From: an uncultured delta proteobacterium | GTDB lineage: Bacteria > Myxococcota > Myxococcia > Myxococcales > Myxococcaceae | Assembly (NCBI GenBank): GCA_963713045.1 | Contig: CAVQKE010000003.1 | Span: 448,001-512,000, forward strand | DNA: 64,000 nt | Reading direction: 5' to 3' | Shown: one piece after another, positions 48,854 to 58,268 of the stretch | Numbering within the stretch: position 1 is the stretch's first letter | Layout of the letters: each line of letters begins with the position of its first letter | Translations under genes and position numbers: made by a program | The notes under the pieces: model-generated | The model's database searches: none | What the model was told of the DNA's origin: nothing | The model's input: only the letters and a program-made list of their open reading frames with translations

Positions 48854-50347
48854 TCACACCCGCCAGCCCACACGGCGCGCCCACGCCTCGAAGTCCGCGA
48901 AGTGCCTCTGTGGGTCGGCCGGCGGGGCCTCCCCTTCCCCTCCGCCCTGGTGAAGCAAGACGGCCAGTGGCGGAAGGCCAAGCGTGGCGCGGCGCGCGTC
49001 GACCTGTTCCGGTGTCTCCAGTGGCCCGGGCGTCAGCCGCCCCTGGCCGTCCCAGCCAACGGCGGTCCCGTAGCGCTGCGGGCGGCCCTCGAAGTAACAA
49101 ATGCGGTCCGCCAACATGGCCGGCTGCAGCGCCGGCACTTCCCCGGCCGCGGCCGCCGCCTCCAGCAAGGGCAAGCAGCGTCGCTGGAGGGCAGGCTCGG
49201 CAATGGCGTGTTGGACAACTCGCCAGGCCGCCTCCGCGCCGTCCTCGCCGGCCAGCGTCCGGCCCGGCCAACCGTAGACGTCGAGCAGGTGCGCAAGGCG
49301 GCCGGCATTGCGCCTGTGGAGGGCTTCCATCTCCGGAGCGTCGCCGGGGGATAGCCGGCCCTCCTCGGCCAGAAGCCGCCGCACCCGCTCGTCGTCTGCG
49401 GCCAGTGCCAGCAACTCGAGGCGGAGTGCCTCCCCTGGCGGCGGGGCCAGCTTCCAGCGACGGTGAAGCCAAAGCCACTGGTCCGGAGCGCCCCGGATTT
49501 GGCGCTCCAGGGCCTCGGTCAGGGTGGCGGTGTGTGCCCACAAGTCGCGCGCACGGTTGCCAGTGGACGGCACTGGGAAGGGACCCTCCACCTTCACGTG
49601 CAGCACGCCCCCCACCCGCCTCGCCAGCACCACCAGAACCGGTGCGCCGGACAGCATCGCCGCCGTGCTGAGGAGGGGAGTCGTCGCCGCCGGCCGCCCA
49701 AAAAAGGGCACGAAGAGGGCGTGCTTTCCGCCGATGGCCTGGTCAAACAGGACCGCCACCGCTTGGTTGCGTCGCAGCTGGGCCAGTGTGCCGCGCAGCG
49801 CATTGTGCGGTGAGATGAGACGCATGCCGGCGCGCACCCGGCCTGCCACCACTTCGGCGTTGAAGGCCCCCTTGAGTGGCCGCACGACGGCGTGCAGGGG
49901 AATGCCCTGGCGGGTGAGACCCTCACCCAAGAGCTCCCAGTTTCCGAAATGGCCGGTCGCTAGAAGCACGCCACGACCGCCCTGCAGCGCACCCTCGATG
50001 GCCAGGCTTTCCTCGCGGAGGACGTTGCTGGCCAACGCCTCGGAGGACAGGTCTTGGGAGAGGGCCGCGTCGAGAGCCGCGGTGGCCATGTGCTGGTAGG
50101 TCCGGCCCGCGACGCGGCGCCGCTCAGTTGCATTCCAGCTGGGAAAGGCCCAGCCCAGTTGCTCCAGCGTCAGCCTGCGACGCAGGCCCAAGGAAAAAAT
50201 CACGCGGCCCACCGTTCGCGCCAAGGCCTCGCGCAGCCCAGCCGGCACCACCCGCAGCACCGCGAGGAACAGGCGGACGACCGCCCGTCCGAGAGCCGAG
50301 GCTGGAACTTCCTCTGGAGAGGACACCGTGAGGGAAAGCAGTAGCAT
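48854..50347 (-). CDS. Lipid A late acyltransferase (LpxL/HtrB family) fused to a DUF6624-like domain
   Basis: HFGNWE, LFDQ, FFGRPA, QWLWLHRRWK; then GWPG..LAGEDGAEAAW.VVQHA, DR......PQRYGT, VDARR..LGLPPL in the same frame. Confidence 0.8.
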   Translation of the reverse strand: MLLLSLTVSSPEEVPASALGRAVVRLFLAVLRVVPAGLREALARTVGRVIFSLGLRRRLTLEQLGWAFPSWNATERRRVAGRTYQHMATAALDAALSQDLSSEALASNVLREESLAIEGALQGGRGVLLATGHFGNWELLGEGLTRQGIPLHAVVRPLKGAFNAEVVAGRVRAGMRLISPHNALRGTLAQLRRNQAVAVLFDQAIGGKHALFVPFFGRPAATTPLLSTAAMLSGAPVLVVLARRVGGVLHVKVEGPFPVPSTGNRARDLWAHTATLTEALERQIRGAPDQWLWLHRRWKLAPPPGEALRLELLALAADDERVRRLLAEEGRLSPGDAPEMEALHRRNAGRLAHLLDVYGWPGRTLAGEDGAEAAWRVVQHAIAEPALQRRCLPLLEAAAAAGEVPALQPAMLADRICYFEGRPQRYGTAVGWDGQGRLTPGPLETPEQVDARRATLGLPPLAVLLHQGGGEGEAPPADPQRHFADFEAWARRVGWRV

Positions 50348-50481
50348 GGCTTTCCCCGTGTTGGGCCCGCTACGCCCCCTGGAATGGCGGCCGCCTGAAG
50401 GAGTTTCAACCCCTTGGCCCCTCCCGGCTTTGCGCCAGGGCGGGCAGCCGTGGGCCGAACGGCTTACAATGCCGCTTGGGC

Positions 50482-51339
50482 ATGACGGTGGAATCGACCA
50501 ATCGAGAGACGAGAGCTTCCGAGCCGCACACCGGCGAAGAGGACTTGGTGAAGCTGGACCAGAACCATCCCGGCTTTCGGGACCCGGTGTACCGGCAGCG
50601 GCGCAACGCCATCGCGCAGCGCGCGCTGCGGTGGCACGTGGGAGACCCGATGCCGGAAGTCGAGTACAGCTCCCAGGAGCATGCGGTGTGGGAGACGGTG
50701 TGGCAGCACTTGGCTCCGCTGCATGACCGCTTCGGTTCCCGCGAGTACCGCTCCTGCTCGGCACTGTTTGCCTTCCCGCGCACCCGCATCCCGCAATTGC
50801 GTGAGGTGAACGTCAAACTGACGCCGAAGACGGGGTTCACCATGGTGCCGGTGGCCGGCCTGGTGGCCTCCCGGGCCTTTCTGGGAAACCTCAAGTCGGA
50901 CCAATTTCTGGCCACCCAGTACATTCGCCACCACACGGTGCCGCTGTACACGCCCGAGCCGGACGTGGTGCACGAGATGGTGGGCCACGCAGCGACACTG
51001 GCCGACCCGGGCTTCGCCGACATCAATCGCGCCTTTGGGCGGGCGGCGGAGCGCGTTACCGACGACATCCTGAAGCAGATTGAACGCGTCTACTGGTACA
51101 CCTTGGAATTCGGTGCCGCCTATGAGGACGGCAAGCTCAAGGCGTATGGGGCCGGGCTGTTGTCCTCCTTCGGCGAGTTGGAGCGTTTCAGCCGGGAGGC
51201 CCAGCTGGTTCCCCTCAACTTCGAGCTGATGGCGGCCCGGCCCTACGACCCCACCGTTTACCAAGACGTCATCTTCGTCGCCCCCTCCTTCAGCGAGGCG
51301 GTGCAGCGCACCACCGCCTGGCTCGACGGCCTTCGCTGA
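50482..51339 (+). CDS. phhA: Phenylalanine 4-monooxygenase (biopterin-dependent aromatic amino acid hydroxylase)
   Basis: HPGFRDPVYRQRR; TQYIRH; YTPEPDVVHEMVGH; WYTLEFG; KAYGAGLLSSFGEL. Confidence 0.9.
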   Translation: MTVESTNRETRASEPHTGEEDLVKLDQNHPGFRDPVYRQRRNAIAQRALRWHVGDPMPEVEYSSQEHAVWETVWQHLAPLHDRFGSREYRSCSALFAFPRTRIPQLREVNVKLTPKTGFTMVPVAGLVASRAFLGNLKSDQFLATQYIRHHTVPLYTPEPDVVHEMVGHAATLADPGFADINRAFGRAAERVTDDILKQIERVYWYTLEFGAAYEDGKLKAYGAGLLSSFGELERFSREAQLVPLNFELMAARPYDPTVYQDVIFVAPSFSEAVQRTTAWLDGLR

Positions 51340-51394
51340 GGGCCCCGTCCGGGGGCCGGCGCTCTAACTTGCGCCTTTGCTGCACTGCATTAGG

Positions 51395-51406
51395 TTGGTT
51401 AACCAA
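51395..51406. promoter_or_regulatory. Perfect 12-bp palindrome, candidate operator upstream of fusA
   Basis: TTGGTTAACCAA in an AT-rich intergenic patch. Confidence 0.45.
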
Positions 51407-51516
51407 ATCTGGGGCCGGCGGGGGCCCCTCTGGCAATCCACGGAGTTGTCGAGTACAGGGCCGCGGCCCACCACGCGGCCCACCACGCTGAAGCCTTGTA
51501 AGGAAGCACACGAATC

Positions 51517-53622
51517 ATGGCGTCCTCTTTTCCCATCGAACGCGTCCGGAACATCGGCATCTCGGCCCACATCGACTCGGGCAAGACCACCCTCACCGAG
51601 CGCATCCTCTATTACACCGGCCGCATCCACGAGATTCATGAGGTGCGTGGCAAGGATGGCGTCGGGGCCAAGATGGACTCGATGGACCTGGAGCGTGAGA
51701 AGGGCATCACCATCCAGTCAGCAGCCACCTACTGCGTCTGGAAAGACACCAACATCAACATCATCGACACGCCGGGGCATGTCGACTTCACCATCGAGGT
51801 GGAGCGCGCGCTTCGGGTGCTGGACGGTGCCATCCTCGTCCTCTGCTCGGTGTCCGGCGTGCAGAGCCAGTCCATCACCGTCGACCGGCAGATGCGCCGC
51901 TACAAGGTGCCGCGGCTGGCCTTCGTCAACAAGATGGACCGGGCCGGGGCGAACTATGCCCGCGTCGGAGCGCAGCTGGGCGAGAAGTTGGGACACCACC
52001 AGGTGATGATGCAGGTGCCCATCGGCGCCGAGGACCGCTTCATCGGCATCATCGACCCCATCGTCGGGAAGGCCTACTACTTCGACGGCGAGAACGGCGA
52101 ACACGTCCGGGAAGAGGAAGTCCCAGCGGAGTACGCCGAGGCAACAAAGCAGGCCCGCCATGACATCATCGAAGGCGTCGCCAATGTCGACGACCTCCTG
52201 GCAGAGAAGTTTGTCCACGACCAGCCCATTTCCAGCGAAGAGCTGAAGGCCGCGGTGCGCCGCGCCACCATCGCGCTCAAGATGACGCCGGTCTTCTGTG
52301 GTTCGGCCTACAAGAACAAGGGCGTTCAGCTGCTGCTCGACGCGGTGTCCGACTACCTCCCCAACCCGAAGGAAGTGGTCAACGAGGCCCTCGACCAGAA
52401 GAACAACGAGGCCAAGGTGGTCCTGTCTTCGGACCCGGAAAAGCCCTTCGTGGGGTTGGCTTTCAAGCTGGAGGACGGCCGCTACGGACAGCTGACGTAC
52501 CTGCGCATTTACCAGGGGCACGTCTCCAAGGGCGACTTCATCTACAACCAGAGCAACCAGCGCAAGGTGAAGGTGCCGCGAATTGTGCGGATGCATGCCA
52601 ACGAGATGAACGACGTGGAGGAAGCCTACGGAGGCGACATCGTCGCCCTGTTCGGCGTTGAATGCGCCTCGGGCGACACCTTCACCGACGGCACGGTGAA
52701 CTACACCATGACGTCGATGTTCGTCCCGGACGCGGTGATTTCGCTGGCCGTTGCTCCGAAAGAACGTGCCGGCCAGGCCAACTTCTCCAAGGCGCTCAAC
52801 CGCTTCACCAAGGAAGACCCGACCTTCCGCGTGCACCGCGATGAGGAGTCAGCCCAGACCATCATCAGCGGCATGGGTGAGCTGCACCTGGAAATCTACA
52901 TCGAGCGGATGAAGCGCGAGTACGGCTGCGAAGTGGTGGCCGGCAAGCCGCAGGTGGCCTACCGGGAGACCATCACCCAGCGCGGCGATTTCGCCTACAC
53001 CCACAAGAAGCAGACCGGCGGCTCGGGTCAGTTCGGCCGCGTCTGCGGGTACCTCGAACCGCTTCCCCCGGACGCCGTGCAGCGCGACGAATTCGTCGAC
53101 GACATCACCGGCGGCGCCATTCCGCGGGAATTCATTCCCGCGGTGGAGAAGGGCTTCCGCGAGGCGCTGAAGAAAGGAAGCCTGATTGGCTTCCCGGTCA
53201 CCGGTGTGCGCTACGTCATCAACGACGGCGCCTCACACGCGGTGGACTCTTCGGAGCAGGCCTTCAAGACGGCGGCGTTGATGGCCTTCCGCGAAGGCTA
53301 TGAGGCCGCCAAGCCGGTCATCCTCGAGCCCATCATGAAGGTGGAGGTGCAAGCCCCCGAAGACTTCCAGGGTTCGGTGGTGGGGCAACTCAACCAGCGT
53401 CGGGGCACCATCCTCAGCACCGAGAACCGCGAGGGGTACGTGGTGGCGGTGGCCGAGGTTCCACTCAACGCAATGTTTGGTTACAGCACCGACCTCCGCT
53501 CAGCCACGCAAGGAAAGGGCGAATTCACCATGGAATTTGCCCGCTACTCCCCAGTGCCGCGCGCCGAGCAAGAGGCGATGATGAAGGCCTACCGCGAGAA
53601 GCTGCTGGCCGAGCGCAAATAG
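51517..53622 (+). CDS. fusA: Elongation factor G, stand-alone copy
   Basis: [61 protein letters not shown]. Confidence 0.96.
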   Translation: MASSFPIERVRNIGISAHIDSGKTTLTERILYYTGRIHEIHEVRGKDGVGAKMDSMDLEREKGITIQSAATYCVWKDTNINIIDTPGHVDFTIEVERALRVLDGAILVLCSVSGVQSQSITVDRQMRRYKVPRLAFVNKMDRAGANYARVGAQLGEKLGHHQVMMQVPIGAEDRFIGIIDPIVGKAYYFDGENGEHVREEEVPAEYAEATKQARHDIIEGVANVDDLLAEKFVHDQPISSEELKAAVRRATIALKMTPVFCGSAYKNKGVQLLLDAVSDYLPNPKEVVNEALDQKNNEAKVVLSSDPEKPFVGLAFKLEDGRYGQLTYLRIYQGHVSKGDFIYNQSNQRKVKVPRIVRMHANEMNDVEEAYGGDIVALFGVECASGDTFTDGTVNYTMTSMFVPDAVISLAVAPKERAGQANFSKALNRFTKEDPTFRVHRDEESAQTIISGMGELHLEIYIERMKREYGCEVVAGKPQVAYRETITQRGDFAYTHKKQTGGSGQFGRVCGYLEPLPPDAVQRDEFVDDITGGAIPREFIPAVEKGFREALKKGSLIGFPVTGVRYVINDGASHAVDSSEQAFKTAALMAFREGYEAAKPVILEPIMKVEVQAPEDFQGSVVGQLNQRRGTILSTENREGYVVAVAEVPLNAMFGYSTDLRSATQGKGEFTMEFARYSPVPRAEQEAMMKAYREKLLAERK

Positions 53623-53654
53623 GCTCGCCCGCGGTGGGGGCGCCGCCCCAGACT

Positions 53655-54443
53655 TTAGTGCGACGCTTCGGCGCCGCCGTCTTGCGGCGCCGCGAGGGCG
53701 CTTCGCAGCCGAGCCGTCGCTTCTTCCAGCGCATTCGGGCTTCCGGCGGCCGAAGCGGTGGTGGACACCGTCGCTGCTGCCGGTACGGCGGTTGTCGCCC
53801 GGGCGGCCCGCGTCACCTTCTTCCGCTTCTTCTTCGCCGCCGGGGTGGCTGCTGGCGCGGGCGCTGCGGCAACGGTGGGGGGCAGCGGCGGTCCGGCGGC
53901 GACCGGAAGGTGGGCAACCGGGGGCGGTGGCAAAGGCGCGTCGTCCACCGGCACCAGCATTTCTGGTTCCACCTCCGAATGCAGCGTCAGCCGCTGAGTG
54001 GCCGGCGCGAGTTCATTGGCCTCCACCGTCAGCCGCACGGTGAAGCGCAAGCCGCGACTCGCCCGAAGGGTGACACGCGCCGGAAGCGTCCACTTGGGGC
54101 CCTCCTCCCACGGCAAAGGCCCAAGCGGCTGCCCCCGGTACACCAACTTGGCGCTGACCACGTGGTCGCCGTCGGACACCACGGTGCCCTTCGGCGCCGT
54201 TGCGGCCTCGACCGCGGCCAGAGCGGGGAAAGGTTCCCCGTCGAGACGCACCGTCACCTCCTCCAGCCGGTACCGCTTCGCGTCGGGGCCCACCACCAAA
54301 ACCACCACTTCGGGCGGTGGCACCTTGGCCGTGCTGGCCGCCAGCAGCTGGTCGAGCTCCGCCTCCGGGCTGGGACGGGCCGACGACGGCGCCTCCCCAG
54401 CGCGGAGCACCACCGTCAGCGCCAAGGCCAAAAGAAGCTGCAC
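53655..54443 (-). CDS. Hypothetical exported protein with Pro/Ala/Lys-rich tail
   Basis: Signal-like VQLLLALALTVVLRA; globular middle; low-complexity C-terminus. Confidence 0.6.
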   Translation of the reverse strand: MQLLLALALTVVLRAGEAPSSARPSPEAELDQLLAASTAKVPPPEVVVLVVGPDAKRYRLEEVTVRLDGEPFPALAAVEAATAPKGTVVSDGDHVVSAKLVYRGQPLGPLPWEEGPKWTLPARVTLRASRGLRFTVRLTVEANELAPATQRLTLHSEVEPEMLVPVDDAPLPPPPVAHLPVAAGPPLPPTVAAAPAPAATPAAKKKRKKVTRAARATTAVPAAATVSTTASAAGSPNALEEATARLRSALAAPQDGGAEASH

Positions 54444-54557
54444 AGAGTAGAAGAATGCCACGCCGGCCGGCCCAGCGCCCAGAGAGGGCCCGTGGTGCCA
54501 GCGCACCACGACGGCGAGTCAGCGAGCGGGCGAAGACACGCTGGTGACCACTGTGCT

Positions 54558-54950
54558 TCAGGCCTGCGCGGTACCTTGGCCCGGCACTTTTCCTTGCGCG
54601 GCGAGTTCCGCGCGGACCTTCTCCATGTCCACGGCCCGCACCTGTCGGACAATGTCCTGCAGGGCGGCCGGCCCCAGCGCGCCTGGCTGTGAATAGAGAA
54701 GCACGCGCTCGCGAAAAACCATCAGCGTCGGGATGCTTTGGATTTCAAAGGCGCGGGCGAGCTCCGTCTCCTCATCGGTATTCACTTTCCCAAAGGTGAT
54801 GTCTGGGTTTTCTTCCGCCGCCTTTTCGAAGACCGGCGCGAAGTTGCGACAGGGCCCGCACCACGGTGCCCAGAAGTCGAGCAGAACAATGCCCCCCTGC
54901 TCCACTGTTTCACGGAAGTTTTGCCCAGTGACTTGCTTGGCGTTGCCCAT
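54558..54950 (-). CDS. trxA: Thioredoxin
   Basis: DFWAPWCGPC; SIPTL; GGAGG RBS. Confidence 0.92.
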   Translation of the reverse strand: MGNAKQVTGQNFRETVEQGGIVLLDFWAPWCGPCRNFAPVFEKAAEENPDITFGKVNTDEETELARAFEIQSIPTLMVFRERVLLYSQPGALGPAALQDIVRQVRAVDMEKVRAELAAQGKVPGQGTAQA

Positions 54951-55139
54951 GGAGACCTCCTCGACGGAAAACCCCTGTGGTCAGAGTCTAATGAGCCCGG
55001 CCAGGCGACCAAGCACTCTCCGCCGCAGTGCGTCCTGACCAGACGGAATGACTCACTGCGTAAGGGCCAATGATGGCTTCTATTCCCTTGGAGCGTGCCG
55101 TGAAAGGGCCTACAAGACGCGCATCGATTTTCGAATCAG

Positions 55140-55155
55140 TGGCCTGGCGCTTGCC
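55140..55155 (+). promoter_or_regulatory. Candidate sigma54 (-24/-12) promoter of lipase-fadL
   Basis: TGGCCTGGCGCTTGCC, GG-N10-GC with TTGC; 25 bp before ATG 55180. Confidence 0.6.
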
Positions 55156-55179
55156 CACGGGCGAGCTGAGGGGGTCGCA

Positions 55180-58100
55180 ATGCAGCGTTCACTCTGGCTT
55201 CTCTGTGCGGGCGGTTTCGCGGTGGGGATTGCCTGCGCGCCCAACATTCCCCAAAATCCCCAAACGCCGTACGTCATCATCGAGTTTGACCCAGCGGCGT
55301 CGCCGGCCGTCGTCCCCCAGCCCAACAACCTGGCCATCAACCCGGCCACCGGGCTCATCAGCGTCCCGTCAAGCCCCACCGACACACCGACGACCACCGC
55401 CTTCAACCAAACCTACCTGGACACGCTGGACGGCTTCCCGATGGAGAGCACCGCCAGCGTTGCGACGTCGGGCGACGTCAACATCGCCACCCTTGCCACC
55501 GGCGTGTTGGTGTTGGACATCACCAACCCAGCTGCCCCTGCGCCGGTGCCAGTCACACCCAGCTACGCTTCCGGCGGCGCAGACGCCGGTGGCACCATCC
55601 TCATCCCTCCGCCGGGCGGCCAATGGACGCGGGCGCACACCTACGCGGTGGTTGTCATTGGCGGCAACCAGACGGGAACCTTCGCCGCCCTCAGCGGAGC
55701 CAATGGCGAACTAGTCACTGGCTCGTCCACCTGGGCACTGGTGGCGAGCACGTCCAACTGCAGCACTGCCGCAAGCTGCGGGCCGCCCATTCCGCTGTGC
55801 GTCACCCCGGACGGCGACGCGGGCGGTCCGTCATCGGGTTGTGTCTCCACCACCAGCCTCATCCCGTCGGATGCCGATGCGGCCCAGCTTCAGGCGCTGC
55901 AGACGGGCTATGCGCCGCTGCTGGGCGCGCTCACCCAGGGCTTCAACATCCCCCGGGGCAACGTCGCCATCCTCTTTACCTTCAGCATCACCACCCAGGC
56001 AGAGGTGACGTTCGACCCGGCCAACGCCATTCTCCCCTTCCCCAACGACGCCTTGCGCACCGGCCCCGGCGGCACCGTCAGCCTTCCCATTCCGGCGGGA
56101 ACGCCCGCGGTGCTGGCCCAGCTCATCGGCGGCTTGAATACGCTGGACGGCTTCTCCACCACCGCCACCATCACCACTGCCGCGGACTTTAGCTTTCCCA
56201 ACAATGGCGTCAGCGCGCTGATGCAGGGAAGCCTCGACCCTCAAACCATTACCCCCCCGCTGGCCATTGGGATGGCGAAGGCTGCCGCCTATGCCGGCGC
56301 AGCCAACAGCCAGGGTGCCCTCAACATCTCCTTCTGTCTCAGTGACGTTGGTGCGGGCTGTCCCAGCGTCACGGCCACGCTGCCGGACGGCGGCCCCAAG
56401 CCGGAGATGCTGGGCATTGTGCCTCAAACCCCGCTCGACGAGCTGACTCAGTACGCGGTGTACATGACGAATGCTCTTCATGACACCAGTGGCAAAGCCG
56501 TCATTCCGAGTGCGACCTTCGCCCTGGTGCGGTTGCCCTATGCGACGGCACCGCTTTACGCGAACGGCCACAGTCAGGTGCCGTCGCTCCTCAGCGACAC
56601 CCAAGCCGGAGAACTGGTCCAACTCCAACAAGGCCTCGGTGCCCTGTTTGGAATCCTTGCCAGCCAGGGCATCCCGTACACCAACGTGGTCCAAGCTTGG
56701 GCCTTCAGCACCCAAAGCGAGGTTTCGCAGCTGCAGAAGCTGGCAGCCTTGCCCTACAACCCGGCCGGAGGCGGCTTCCCGGGCAACCCCTTGTGGGTCG
56801 AAGACGTGACCACCGTGGTGAAACCCGTGCTCGGGGCGGAAGGCATCCCCACCACCGACATCAAAACCATCTACGCCGGCGAAATTATCGACCCGTTCGC
56901 CCTGACCAGTCCGGAAGGCACCTTCAATCCCGACGGCGGAGTGAACCCCATCCCCATCCCCTTCATCATGACCGTCCCCACGTCAGCGGCGCCGGTGGCA
57001 GGCTACCCGGTGACGATGTTTGGCCACGGGCTGACCGGCGTGAAGGAAAACGCCTACGCCATCGCCAACTCCCTGGCCACCGGCGGCCAGGTGATGATTG
57101 CCATCGACGAGGTCTGGCACGGCGCGCGCAATACCTGTACCGGCTTCGGTGCTTATGCGGACTCGGCAGCGCCAGGAGGGGGGCCGCTTCCGGACGGCGG
57201 CTTCCCCGACTTCGCGATTTGCACCACCGCGTTAACGGCCGCCACCGAGTGCAACGCGGCCGGCCGGTGCCAGCTGGCTGACCGGACGTCGGTCGCCGCA
57301 TGCGCCTTCGGGACGCCCACCGCCGACCAGACCTGTTTCAACGTCGCCCAGAACGAATGCGCACCGGATGGAAAGTGCGAAGGCTCGGACTTCAACCCAG
57401 CCTACTCGGGTTGGAACATCCTCAATCTGGTCAACCTCTTTGCAACCCGCGACAACTTCCGCGAGCAGGTTATCGACAACTCGCAGTTTGCCCGCGTCGC
57501 GAGTGGCTCGGGAACCGGTAGCCTGTCCGCGCTCACCGTCCCGTTAAACCCAGCGGCCCTGTCCTACTCTGGCCAAAGCTTGGGCGGCATCCTGGGCACG
57601 CTGTACACCTCGGTGGCCTTCAACATCCAGAACGCCGGCCTCAATGTGGCGGGGGCCAATCCCACCAACATTCTGCTCACCTCGCCTGCCTTCGTCCCTC
57701 AATTGGAGGCGTTCAACGCCGGACTGGCCGAGGCTGGCATCGCCACCGACTCACCAACCTACGACCTCTTCATTGACATTGCCCGCTGGATTCTGGACCC
57801 AGCCGACCCGGCCAACGCTGGCTACTACACCATCAATCCGACTGGCATCGCGTCCATCACCGGCGGCAGTAGCATTCCCGCCACGCGGCGCACCTTCATG
57901 CAGTGGATTGTCGGCGACGAGGTGGTGCCCAACCCGACGGAGTTGGAACTGATTCAAGCGGCGTTGCACAACACGACGACCGACGGGACGAAGCAGAATA
58001 CGGGACAGTTCTGGAGCTACCAATTTAATTACACCAACACGCCCTACGCGTTCAGCAACGCCGCCATCCCCTCCTGCACGGCGCCCGGCGGCCCCAGCAA

Positions 58101-58239
58101 CCGACACGCGTTTCTGCTGAGGCCTCCTTCGGCGACGTGCGGCGGCCCGACCGGCGGGGCAGGCAGTCCGGGCGCAATCCTCACTGGCGAGGCGCAGCTG
58201 CAGCTGGTCAGCTTCATCGCGGGCGCTCCTCCGTTCTGA
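55180..58239 (+). CDS. Large lipoprotein alpha/beta-hydrolase (Pla-1/Cef-type extracellular lipase-like)
   Basis: Lipobox GIAC; two FDP..P.PN/LDGF modules; FGHGLTG; RDNFREQ; GQSLGG nucleophile elbow; DEVVPN; C-terminal RHAFLL. Confidence 0.8.
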   Translation: MQRSLWLLCAGGFAVGIACAPNIPQNPQTPYVIIEFDPAASPAVVPQPNNLAINPATGLISVPSSPTDTPTTTAFNQTYLDTLDGFPMESTASVATSGDVNIATLATGVLVLDITNPAAPAPVPVTPSYASGGADAGGTILIPPPGGQWTRAHTYAVVVIGGNQTGTFAALSGANGELVTGSSTWALVASTSNCSTAASCGPPIPLCVTPDGDAGGPSSGCVSTTSLIPSDADAAQLQALQTGYAPLLGALTQGFNIPRGNVAILFTFSITTQAEVTFDPANAILPFPNDALRTGPGGTVSLPIPAGTPAVLAQLIGGLNTLDGFSTTATITTAADFSFPNNGVSALMQGSLDPQTITPPLAIGMAKAAAYAGAANSQGALNISFCLSDVGAGCPSVTATLPDGGPKPEMLGIVPQTPLDELTQYAVYMTNALHDTSGKAVIPSATFALVRLPYATAPLYANGHSQVPSLLSDTQAGELVQLQQGLGALFGILASQGIPYTNVVQAWAFSTQSEVSQLQKLAALPYNPAGGGFPGNPLWVEDVTTVVKPVLGAEGIPTTDIKTIYAGEIIDPFALTSPEGTFNPDGGVNPIPIPFIMTVPTSAAPVAGYPVTMFGHGLTGVKENAYAIANSLATGGQVMIAIDEVWHGARNTCTGFGAYADSAAPGGGPLPDGGFPDFAICTTALTAATECNAAGRCQLADRTSVAACAFGTPTADQTCFNVAQNECAPDGKCEGSDFNPAYSGWNILNLVNLFATRDNFREQVIDNSQFARVASGSGTGSLSALTVPLNPAALSYSGQSLGGILGTLYTSVAFNIQNAGLNVAGANPTNILLTSPAFVPQLEAFNAGLAEAGIATDSPTYDLFIDIARWILDPADPANAGYYTINPTGIASITGGSSIPATRRTFMQWIVGDEVVPNPTELELIQAALHNTTTDGTKQNTGQFWSYQFNYTNTPYAFSNAAIPSCTAPGGPSNRHAFLLRPPSATCGGPTGGAGSPGAILTGEAQLQLVSFIAGAPPF

Positions 58240-58268
58240 GAGACCTCCCCATGGAAAGGCACACGCAC

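Noticed and set aside
51341..51357. Hairpin GGCCCC-N5-GGGGCC after phhA as an intrinsic terminator
   Set aside because: No U-tract; short GC stems are common by chance here
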